From positions 5,116 to 69,115 of the IMG/VR virus record IMGVR_UViG_3300048881_000734: 64,000 nt of DNA; one strand, 5' to 3'. The translations under genes were made by a program, and so were the position numbers. Positions 1-7,322 of this stretch are shown one piece after another. The notes beneath the pieces are model-generated. The model did not search any database, was not told where the DNA came from, and saw only the letters and a program-made list of their open reading frames with translations. The stretch comes from a virus (taxonomy: Duplodnaviria; Caudoviricetes). The stretch's first letter is position 1, and every line of letters starts with the position of its first letter.

Positions 1-120
1 ACAAAAAAAACAGGGAAGATAAAAACTATCAACCCTGCTTTAATTAATTATCGTTTACTCATACTTTCGCATTTTCAACTGCACTTATTATGTCCATATT
101 AGGTTATGGGCCCCTTTAAT

Positions 121-420
121 TTAACGTCTACGTGGCGGACGATAATGCCGCGGTTGATGTTTGTGCTTTGGAGGTGGTGCGTGAACATGCGCCGGAGGAG
201 GCCCATGCCGTTGTGCTCTATAGGATTTCCCGTGAGCTGGATGGAGCCAATGAGCCCTTACCCAACCACCTCTATTCCAGTGACCAGTAATCCATGTCCA
301 GCTCACAACAATCGGACCTGAATTGACAGTCACACCAATGTTTGTAGAGTGCGCATCCGCTGTAGGTGATACAGCAAGAAGACCCACCACTACCAGACTC
401 CCAATGATTTTTGATAGCAT
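121..420 (-). CDS. Secreted His/Pro-rich hypothetical protein
   Basis: N-terminal signal peptide (MLSKIIGSLVVVGLLAVSPTADA); WxxGHW repeats; GGAGG SD upstream. Confidence 0.7.
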   Translation of the reverse strand: MLSKIIGSLVVVGLLAVSPTADAHSTNIGVTVNSGPIVVSWTWITGHWNRGGWVRAHWLHPAHGKSYRAQRHGPPPAHVHAPPPKHKHQPRHYRPPRRR

Positions 421-456
421 TTGCTACCTCCTTCGGCTATCCAGCCATTCAATTAA

Positions 457-484
457 ATAATACACTAATTGGTAAGTTTGTTCA
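457..484 (-). promoter_or_regulatory. Class A (sigma70-like) promoter
   Basis: TGAACA-N16-TATTAT upstream of 121..420. Confidence 0.45.
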
Positions 485-491
485 CGTAAAA

Positions 492-567
492 TGGCTGCCC
501 CTCGCGGGCTCGAACCGCGGACCCAATGATTAACAGTCATTTGCTCTACCAACTGAGCTAAGGGGCA
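492..567 (-). tRNA. tRNA-Asn(GUU), canonical
   Basis: 76 nt cloverleaf, acceptor UGCCCCU/AGGGGCA, loop CU-GUU-AA, encoded CCA. Confidence 0.95.
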
Positions 568-574
568 ATAGTTA
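568..574 (+). promoter_or_regulatory. Class B (putative late) promoter element
   Basis: ATAGTTA 5 nt before ATG at 580. Confidence 0.3.
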
Positions 575-579
575 TTTTT

Positions 580-834
580 ATGGATCGAATCGACCCCGAC
601 TCAAACATACAGGTTGGAGACATTCTTAAATTAAGAGAGAGGTTCCAGGATTCTGCCACATTCGCCATCGTTATCGACATCAACCGAGCAGAAAGCTTTG
701 GGGAAGGTGGCTGGATTTCTTTTGATTATCTCGTCATGAATGAGAAGGAAGAATTAATTCATATCAGCGAAAGCTGCGTTGAGAAAATCCTATACTCAAA
801 TAAAAAAAGACCGGCCATAAATGGCCGGCCTTAA
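580..834 (+). CDS. Small SH3/KOW-like hypothetical protein
   Basis: 84 aa ORF with VGDIL..AIVI beta-rich pattern. Confidence 0.6.
   Translation: MDRIDPDSNIQVGDILKLRERFQDSATFAIVIDINRAESFGEGGWISFDYLVMNEKEELIHISESCVEKILYSNKKRPAINGRP
801..830 (-). terminator. Intrinsic terminator (possibly bidirectional)
   Basis: GGCCGGCCAT-TT-ATGGCCGGTC followed by T7 on the minus strand. Confidence 0.8.
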
Positions 835-844
835 AGGGGGTAAA

Positions 845-1500
845 AAGCGCAGCATACCTCGCCTTTTACTCTCGTGACCCCCAATTTCAGTTGACCTGAA
901 GATGTCCCCTTTCCGGGTTAGAGGTGCACACACCAGCCTGTAAGACTGTTCACGAGCTTTCTCCCTGTTCTTAGGCTGTAATACCTACGGAACAGCACGC
1001 CCTACTATCGTTATGATATTCTGAGCTTCTTTGAGTGAGCTGTACACTTCACCTCGCCGTTGCCCGCCCTGCTTCCAAACCTTGGGAGCATATCCACAGG
1101 ACCCCTTTCGGGACGATGGTCTTGTTGCCAATTCCACCAGAGAGACTTCTATCACCGATAGTTGAATTCTAAAAAGCTTTCGCCCTTCTTCCCAAGACAG
1201 TTGATAGGCTTTCGCCTTGTCTTAGTTTGCCCTTATCCCGTTTTCGCGATGAATCCACAAGTCCGCGAATATCTTCAGTAGCACTTCCCTAGCGGAATAG
1301 GGACTCATACCTTAGATCACTGAACGACTTCAAAGGTTCCACCCTTTTTAACTCGTCCCCTCTCTTAGTCGGGCGGCATACCGTAAGAACGATACCTTCC
1401 CAATCGAGGTTTTCTCTATACCAATCCATCATAGACGGAGAGGCCCCAGGAACCAGTAACTTTACCTGAGTTTTTCTGACCCGAGAACCTGGGTCATGTC
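845..1500 (-). ncRNA. Large structured ncRNA candidate (GOLLD/ROOL-like size and context)
   Basis: ~650 nt with no ORF of 60 aa or more on either strand; several hairpins including GAAA tetraloops; promoter upstream, terminator downstream, inside a tRNA cluster. Confidence 0.65.
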
Positions 1501-1531
1501 ATTTGAGTTGTTAAAGAACGATTGTGATAAG

Positions 1532-1559
1532 ATTATACGCTACATATTGAGAGTGTACA
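1532..1559 (-). promoter_or_regulatory. Class A promoter for the large ncRNA
   Basis: TGTACA-N16-TATAAT. Confidence 0.6.
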
Positions 1560-1587
1560 TAGAGAGATCATCTTTTTTCAAAAAAAA

Positions 1588-1674
1588 CTGGAGCGGAAGG
1601 ATTCGAACCTCCAAGGCGCACAATGCACCACCCGGGAAACAACCGGGCGCGTCTGCCAATTCCGCCACACCCCA
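1588..1674 (-). tRNA. Atypical class II (long variable arm) tRNA with GUU (Asn) anticodon
   Basis: Acceptor UGGGGUG/CGCUCCA plus G73; Leu-like D arm GGCGGAAUUGGCAGACGC; stem CCCGG/CCGGG; loop UU-GUU-UC; T arm GGAGG-UUCGAAU-CCUUC; no encoded CCA. Confidence 0.75.
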
Positions 1675-1678
1675 ATTC

Positions 1679-1753
1679 TGGAGCGGATGACTGGATTCGA
1701 ACCAGCGACCACCACGTTGGCAACGTGGAGCTCTACCACTGAGCTACATCCGC
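1679..1753 (-). tRNA. tRNA-Gly(GCC)
   Basis: Cloverleaf, loop UU-GCC-AA, CCA end. Confidence 0.95.
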
Positions 1754-1758
1754 ATAAA

Positions 1759-1834
1759 TGGTGGAGGATGTCGGACTCGAACCGACGACCTGCTGCGTGC
1801 AAGGCAGCTGCTCTCCCAGCTGAGCTAATCCCCC
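1759..1834 (-). tRNA. tRNA-Ala(UGC)
   Basis: Cloverleaf, G3:U70, loop CU-UGC-AC, CCA end. Confidence 0.95.
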
Positions 1835-1910
1835 TGGAGCCACCGAGAGGACTCGAACCCCCGACCAGCTGATTACAAATCAGCTGCTCTACCAACTGAG
1901 CTACGGTGGC
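1835..1910 (-). tRNA. tRNA-Thr(UGU)
   Basis: Cloverleaf, loop UU-UGU-AA, CCA end; abuts tRNA-Ala with no spacer. Confidence 0.95.
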
Positions 1911-1914
1911 AAAC

Positions 1915-3804
1915 TTATGAGCTGGCGTCTTCGAAATCTGCATCAACCACCTCATCATCGGGATATACAGACGCTACTTCTGGCTCTGTGTCAGGAGGGC
2001 CTTCCTGTTGCGTATACATTTCTTGTGCCGCCTTGTGCAGAATAGCTTCAAGATTTTTATGCGCTGTCTCAAGAACATCTGGGTCATCACTATCCATCGC
2101 AGCTTCAGCTTCTTCACATCCAGCGGTCAGCTGGGTGACAAGCTCGCTGTTAAACTTATCAGAATTCTCTTCAACCATCTTCTTCGTTTGATAAACGAGA
2201 TTGTCAAGCTTATTTCTTCCTTCAATAACACGTAGACGAAGCTTGTCTGCTTCCTCATTTTCTGAGGCTTCATCCACCATTCGCTGAATGTCTTCATCAG
2301 CCAGTGAGCCCCCACCCGTAATAGTGATAGACTGCTCCTTTCCTGTCGCTTGATCTTTCGCAGATACATGAACAATTCCATTTGCGTCAATATCAAATGT
2401 TACCGCAATCTGCGGCATACCGCGGCGAGCGGGAGGAATTCCATCCAATCTGAAATTGCCCAGAGTCCGGTTGTCCCCCGCAAAGTTTCTTTCGCCCTGC
2501 AGAACCTTAATATCCACCGAAGACTGGTTGTCTGTAGCTGTGGAAAACGTCTCGCTCTTCTGACATGGAATTGTCGTATTACGCTCAATAAGCCGTGTCA
2601 TAACACCGCCCAACGTTTCGATGCCCAAAGAGAGGGGCGTCACATCAAGTAAGAGAATATCATGGACATCACCAGAAAATACACCACCCTGAACTGCTGC
2701 GCCAAGAGCTACAACCTCATCCGGATTGACGGAACTATTAGCTTTCTTCCCAAAGTACTTCTCTACGGCGTCTCGAACAGCGGGAATTCGTGTAGAACCA
2801 CCAACAAGAATAATCTCATCAATATCGCTCGGCTTGAGGCCAGCATCCTTTAGAGCGCCCTTTACCGGCGTAAGTGTACGTTTAACAATGGGCTCAATCA
2901 TTTGCTCAAATTTAGAGCGGGCAATACTGATAGCCAAATGCTTGGGACCTGTTTGATTCGCTGTCAAAAACGGAAGATTAATCTCTGTTTGTTGTGCTGC
3001 CGAAAGCTCGATCTTGGCCTTTTCTGCTGCGTCTTTCAAGCGCTGAAGCACCATCTTGTCATTAGAGAGATCGATACCAGTATCCGACTCGAATGTCTTC
3101 AAAAGGTGTCCAATTAAAATTTGGTCAACATCATCACCACCAAGGTGAGTATCTCCATTTGTACTCATTACTTCCACAACATTGTCTGAAATATCTAAGA
3201 CACTCACATCGAATGTTCCGCCGCCTAAGTCAAATACTACAACTTTCTGGTCACCAGACTTGTTGTCCATCCCATAAGCTAACGCGGCTGCTGTAGGTTC
3301 GTTAATAATACGCTTTACCTCCAGACCGGCGATCTTTCCTGCATCCTTCGTGGCTTGGCGTTGGGCATCATTGAAATATGCAGGCACTGTAATAACAGCT
3401 TCCGTCACTTCTTGCCCCAGATACTTCTCGGCGCTTCGCTTGAGCTTCAATAGAATTTGTGCAGAAATTTCCGGTGGGGAAAGTGTCTTGTCATTAACCT
3501 TGATACGACACGTGCCCTCTTTTCCAGAAACAACGCTATATGGCATTTTGCCAGCTTCTTCTTGAATCTCATTAAGCTTCATGCCCATAAAACGCTTCAC
3601 TGAGGAAATCGTATTCGTGGGATTTGTGATAGCTTGCCGTCGAGCAGCAGCTCCAACCAAACGATCCCCATCAGCCGTATACCCGACCATGCTGGGTGTC
3701 GTTCTTGTTCCCTCTTCATTATTAATGACTTTCGGTTCTTTGAGGTCCATTACTGCAACGCAGGAATTTGTAGTACCCAAATCGATTCCGATAACTTTAC
3801 TCAT
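1915..3804 (-). CDS. dnaK: Hsp70 chaperone DnaK
   Basis: [53 protein letters not shown]. Confidence 0.98.
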   Translation of the reverse strand: MSKVIGIDLGTTNSCVAVMDLKEPKVINNEEGTRTTPSMVGYTADGDRLVGAAARRQAITNPTNTISSVKRFMGMKLNEIQEEAGKMPYSVVSGKEGTCRIKVNDKTLSPPEISAQILLKLKRSAEKYLGQEVTEAVITVPAYFNDAQRQATKDAGKIAGLEVKRIINEPTAAALAYGMDNKSGDQKVVVFDLGGGTFDVSVLDISDNVVEVMSTNGDTHLGGDDVDQILIGHLLKTFESDTGIDLSNDKMVLQRLKDAAEKAKIELSAAQQTEINLPFLTANQTGPKHLAISIARSKFEQMIEPIVKRTLTPVKGALKDAGLKPSDIDEIILVGGSTRIPAVRDAVEKYFGKKANSSVNPDEVVALGAAVQGGVFSGDVHDILLLDVTPLSLGIETLGGVMTRLIERNTTIPCQKSETFSTATDNQSSVDIKVLQGERNFAGDNRTLGNFRLDGIPPARRGMPQIAVTFDIDANGIVHVSAKDQATGKEQSITITGGGSLADEDIQRMVDEASENEEADKLRLRVIEGRNKLDNLVYQTKKMVEENSDKFNSELVTQLTAGCEEAEAAMDSDDPDVLETAHKNLEAILHKAAQEMYTQQEGPPDTEPEVASVYPDDEVVDADFEDASS

Positions 3805-3881
3805 AGGTTTGTTCTCCTTTTACCCAATATTCCAAATTTAAACACAAATTTGACAATGAACACCCTTTATCTTAAAAAAAA

Positions 3882-3957
3882 TGGTGGGCCGCCAGGGACT
3901 CGAACCCTGAACCTACGGATTAAAAGTCCGTTGCTCTGCCTGTTGAGCTAGCAGCCC
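3882..3957 (-). tRNA. tRNA-Lys(UUU)
   Basis: Cloverleaf, loop CU-UUU-AA, CCA end. Confidence 0.95.
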
Positions 3958-3987
3958 TTATCACCGGACCGCTACCTCCAGCAAAAA

Positions 3988-4182
3988 TTACCCTGAATAT
4001 CTCTTTTTCAATCGGGGATCAGCTTCTCGTCCCGTCTTGAACGGAGGCCGCTTTGTTTCTCCCATACAATAATCCAGCTCTTTTTGAAGGCCCTCTGTAT
4101 TTCTACCAGCCTTCTCAAACTTTCTAATCTTCGACATCAGTCGTCTCACATGCTGATTTTGTCGTTGTGCTTTGGAACCCAT
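3988..4182 (-). CDS. Small basic hypothetical protein
   Basis: 64 aa ORF with GGAG SD and its own class A promoter. Confidence 0.65.
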   Translation of the reverse strand: MGSKAQRQNQHVRRLMSKIRKFEKAGRNTEGLQKELDYCMGETKRPPFKTGREADPRLKKRYSG

Positions 4183-4208
4183 TTGCTCTCCTAAGTAAAA
4201 CCTTTGGT

Positions 4209-4236
4209 ATATTATTCGAGGCCGTCGAGTATTACA
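4209..4236 (-). promoter_or_regulatory. Class A promoter
   Basis: TGTAAT-N16-TAATAT. Confidence 0.45.
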
Positions 4237-4847
4237 GGATTTTTTTCAATCTTCTTTCGCAAGACCTTATGTAGCCCAGGATTGACACGAAGGGCTTTGG
4301 GCAAAACCTCATGCCGAATGTAGTTCCGCATGAAGCGAGTGTCCTCGTTACTGGGATCGATAACGTGCGGAATATTATGTCTGTCACACCAATCCTCAAA
4401 TATAGCTTTCCGTGTCATGAGGAAGGGCCTCAAATACCTTCCGCGCCTTGAGGGGATTAATCTACCTTCGCCATGTAGCGAAGTGAACAGCCAGGTTTCT
4501 GCTACGTCATCTAAATGATGGCACGTAATAACAGGCCGGGTGGAATACTCGGGGGTCCAAGACACTTGCTCAAAAAACTCATACCTCTGCTTCCTCCAAA
4601 AATCTTCTTTCGAGTCACCCGGTGGGGGTGTGGTGAGGAGCCGAGATGTCAAGAGGGGTAATCCCCGCTCCTTGCAGAAATCAGTAACAAGTTGCTCAGC
4701 CTCATGTGCATGTGGGGTTCCATGGTTATAGTGAAGTACCATGACGTTCCTACTTTTCGAAAGAAAATCCAGCGCTGCCATTGAGTCCGGACCTCCTGAA
4801 ACGGCAATCGAAATCTTATGAGGAACCGATTCGTTGAGTCTAATCAT
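4212..4847 (-). CDS. tilS: tRNA(Ile)-lysidine synthase, N-terminal catalytic domain only
   Basis: PP-loop AVSGGPDSMA, HHLDDVAET, RPFL, DPSN, RNYIRH; 211 aa, lacks the usual C-terminal domains. Confidence 0.9.
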   Translation of the reverse strand: MIRLNESVPHKISIAVSGGPDSMAALDFLSKSRNVMVLHYNHGTPHAHEAEQLVTDFCKERGLPLLTSRLLTTPPPGDSKEDFWRKQRYEFFEQVSWTPEYSTRPVITCHHLDDVAETWLFTSLHGEGRLIPSRRGRYLRPFLMTRKAIFEDWCDRHNIPHVIDPSNEDTRFMRNYIRHEVLPKALRVNPGLHKVLRKKIEKNPVILDGLE

Positions 4848-4866
4848 TCTATTTCCGGTAAGATGG

Positions 4867-4944
4867 TGGTAGGGCTGCTGGGACTTGAACCCAGAACCAC
4901 CGGTTTATGAGACCGACGCTCTGACCTGATTGAGCTACAGCCCT
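4867..4944 (-). tRNA. tRNA with CAU anticodon, probably tRNA-Ile2
   Basis: Cloverleaf AGGGCUG/CAGCCCU, loop CU-CAU-AA, CCA end; directly upstream of tilS. Ile2 versus Met is inferred from context. Confidence 0.85.
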
Positions 4945-4952
4945 ATAGGAAT

Positions 4953-4980
4953 ATAGTAAGCAATCTTATGAGTGTTTACA
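4953..4980 (-). promoter_or_regulatory. Class A promoter for the tRNA(CAU)-tilS unit
   Basis: TGTAAA-N16-TACTAT. Confidence 0.55.
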
Positions 4981-5326
4981 AGCCTTCAAGGGGCTCTAAA
5001 TGACGAAAATCATATCCTTCTAGAGCAATCCGGGCGCCGTCGTAAAGAAAGACATGATGCTTCTTTAAGCCGCCAACAAGCTTTTTGAGCCAAATGGGCC
5101 CGATATAAAACAGGGGTGTAAGTCGATCTTTGTCTCGTTGTCGCTTATTTGGCCACGCATGTGGAGGTGGGTCCTGATGAATCCATGCAGGCATCAAAAA
5201 GCCAGGAATGAATCCGGCCTCGAAGCATGTGTCTAATTCGTGTTGAGTAAGATTCTTAGTGTAGGATCTCGGTATACGTCCTTTCGCACAAAGAATTTGG
5301 CCTGGTTGGGCTTCACCGACTTTCAT
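4976..5326 (-). CDS. Hypothetical protein
   Basis: 116 aa ORF in a run of overlapping genes. Confidence 0.6.
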   Translation of the reverse strand: MKVGEAQPGQILCAKGRIPRSYTKNLTQHELDTCFEAGFIPGFLMPAWIHQDPPPHAWPNKRQRDKDRLTPLFYIGPIWLKKLVGGLKKHHVFLYDGARIALEGYDFRHLEPLEGL

Positions 5327-5507
5327 TTCGACGAAGCCTCCGGCGCTTAAGCTTAGCAGCCAGGGGAATTGTTACACATTCAGCCAAGGTACCAGCTATA
5401 CAGATCGCAAACCCTGCGTAAATAACGATAACAGCGCCGAGTATCTTTTGCGACAAGGGTTTGTTCCTGTATTCTTCTCTACGAGAATTCTCACTCCACG
5501 GCTCCAT
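5313..5507 (-). CDS. Small membrane protein
   Basis: One hydrophobic segment; GGAGG SD. Confidence 0.6.
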   Translation of the reverse strand: MEPWSENSRREEYRNKPLSQKILGAVIVIYAGFAICIAGTLAECVTIPLAAKLKRRRLRRNESR

Positions 5508-5533
5508 CGCAACCTCCTAAGTCTAAGTAATTA

Positions 5534-5561
5534 AATCTAAGAGAATTTCTAGCAATTTACA
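5534..5561 (-). promoter_or_regulatory. Class A promoter
   Basis: TGTAAA-N16-TAGATT. Confidence 0.45.
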
Positions 5562-5563
5562 CA

Positions 5564-5773
5564 CTAGTCCAAATCAGCTCTCATCAGATCAGACAAATCG
5601 TGTGTCACCACTGTTCCGTCACGATACTGCACAGCAGCTAATTGTCGTCCAGTGGGCGAACCCTCAGTCATCCATACATTGGCAGTTTTGTCTGTTGTTA
5701 TCTCCACGACAGTACCAATTTTCGCCATATTGAGATAATGATATACCGGTGTACCCACCTTAATATTCTGCAT
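5564..5773 (-). CDS. Small SH3/KOW-like hypothetical protein
   Basis: IKVGTPVY..KIGTVVEI. Confidence 0.65.
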   Translation of the reverse strand: MQNIKVGTPVYHYLNMAKIGTVVEITTDKTANVWMTEGSPTGRQLAAVQYRDGTVVTHDLSDLMRADLD

Positions 5774-5963
5774 TCGACTCTTCCTCCAGTCTTCTTGCTA
5801 ATCTTAACACATCTTTTGAAAATGTATCCGTAAATAACCACGGGAAAATCGAGTGAATAGTACAAGTGATGCTTAACTTGAGCGCCCACAGCGCGAATTT
5901 AACAGCTCGAATGGCATGTTGGAAGTATGTCATATTGACTTCTTTAAGATGTTGAATTGGCAC
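5760..5963 (-). CDS. Small conserved hypothetical (DUF6356-like)
   Basis: TYFQH..A...IHSIFPWLF pattern; real start probably at MTYFQH. Confidence 0.55.
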   Translation of the reverse strand: MPIQHLKEVNMTYFQHAIRAVKFALWALKLSITCTIHSIFPWLFTDTFSKDVLRLARRLEEESNAEY

Positions 5964-6157
5964 TAGTTCCCTCCAGACTTCAAGATATCAAAATCATCTC
6001 GGTCTAATGGATAAGTACCATGAGGAAAACTAACAAGCCAGTGGACTTGGCCAATTTTTTCTAAAATAATTCCCACACTTCCAGTGTCAAGACAGATCAC
6101 CAAATCACCCTGCTTCGGGGTGCGCGACTTTCTACCTTTCTTCCTTGCTCCAGACAT
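5963..6157 (-). CDS. Small SH3/KOW-like hypothetical protein
   Basis: KQGDLVIC..GSVGIILE. Confidence 0.6.
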   Translation of the reverse strand: MSGARKKGRKSRTPKQGDLVICLDTGSVGIILEKIGQVHWLVSFPHGTYPLDRDDFDILKSGGN

Positions 6158-6503
6158 ACTTCACCCATGAATATAGTTTGCGATCTTTAAGATAATCTAA
6201 ATCTTGATCGTTCGCATAAGCTTCCTGCTCAAACGGAATCATTTCATATGCACGGGCGCCGTTCCTATATCGTATTAGTCCTACAATCCAGAAGAGAGGA
6301 TACAATATAAGGAAACCCAGGAGCAAAAGCTCCACCCATTGTTTGAAGTGTATTGTCTCGTGATTCTTTCCCTCTTCGCTTAATTCGCCACGACAAAAAA
6401 CAAAGAGACCCAGGCTTATGGCCCATATATCGATGGGTGACACTTTCGAAAGAATCACAGGTAACCTGGAGTTTTCTACAAAAACTGGAAAAAAGTTCTT
6501 CAC
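6132..6503 (-). CDS. Membrane-associated HExxH metallopeptidase-like protein
   Basis: NHETIHFKQWVE followed by a TM segment and FEQEAY. Confidence 0.6.
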   Translation of the reverse strand: MKNFFPVFVENSRLPVILSKVSPIDIWAISLGLFVFCRGELSEEGKNHETIHFKQWVELLLLGFLILYPLFWIVGLIRYRNGARAYEMIPFEQEAYANDQDLDYLKDRKLYSWVKYVWSKEER

Positions 6504-6607
6504 CTGGCTTTCCCTGCTCGAGAGCGGAATGTTAGATTATTAGTCGTGGTCAACATTCTCACAAAAACTCCCAGGAAAACCATTGGTAAATATATCACAA
6601 CTCATCG

Positions 6608-6614
6608 ATAGTTA
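6608..6614 (+). promoter_or_regulatory. Class B promoter element
   Basis: ATAGTTA upstream of the protease gene. Confidence 0.35.
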
Positions 6615-6617
6615 ATA

Positions 6618-7322
6618 TTGGAGGCATCCCTTATGAAAAAAATTCTCTCTTTCTTCTTCTTAGCGCTTATCGTTCTTATCTCGCCTGCTCAATCGGAAGA
6701 GCCATCAATACCAAGCGCTACTGTAATCGACGGAACAGCCGATGTCTTATTTACCAACGCCCAACGAGCAAGTCGAAGCAGCGCAGTAAAAGTGGAGGGA
6801 TTAGAGGGAGGCCACGGTTCTGGTACATATCTCGAAATGTCCGGTCACCATCTGGTCATTACAGCAAGACATGTGGTGGATCGAAATGATATATACTACA
6901 TCTCCACAGGCTCTGAAAAAGTCGTTGGACAAGTTATCTGGAAATCGCAGACGAAAGACATGGCTGTCCTTAAAATACCAAGGTTAACATCTCGGACGGC
7001 TGTTACTCTTGCTCGTACAGGCGAGCTCGTTGTAGGCGAAGAAATCACCTACACAGGTTACCCCTCTGACTATCAATTATTGACCACAAAGGCGCACGTG
7101 GCTGGCTTTGAAAATAGCCCACGCTCGACGCTACTACAGGGGTTTGTTTGGTTTGGGTACTCAGGCTCAGGAGGCTTTGACAATTCGGGAAGGCTTCGTA
7201 CGATTATTTTTGCCATCGCAGTTGAAAACTTTCGTGGTCACCCTGCATTGTTAGAGACTCTGGTTTATACTCATGAAATAAGCAGAAAAGAGGTCGCTCA
7301 AATACGCGCTGCGCTTGACTAG
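6618..7322 (+). CDS. Secreted trypsin-like (S1) serine protease
   Basis: Signal peptide; GSG, ITARHVV (His), KDMAVL (Asp), GYSGSG (Ser); likely start at MKKIL. Confidence 0.85.
   Translation: MEASLMKKILSFFFLALIVLISPAQSEEPSIPSATVIDGTADVLFTNAQRASRSSAVKVEGLEGGHGSGTYLEMSGHHLVITARHVVDRNDIYYISTGSEKVVGQVIWKSQTKDMAVLKIPRLTSRTAVTLARTGELVVGEEITYTGYPSDYQLLTTKAHVAGFENSPRSTLLQGFVWFGYSGSGGFDNSGRLRTIIFAIAVENFRGHPALLETLVYTHEISRKEVAQIRAALD

Noticed and set aside
845-1500. RNase P RNA, rRNA fragment or self-splicing intron
   Set aside because: No RNase P P4 signature (GAGGAAAGUCC), no rRNA landmarks, no group II domain V and no interrupted host gene; it has its own promoter and terminator.
1496-1958. ORFs 1496..1690, 1578..1958 and 1687..1872
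   Set aside because: They overlap four well-formed tRNA genes; spurious translations.
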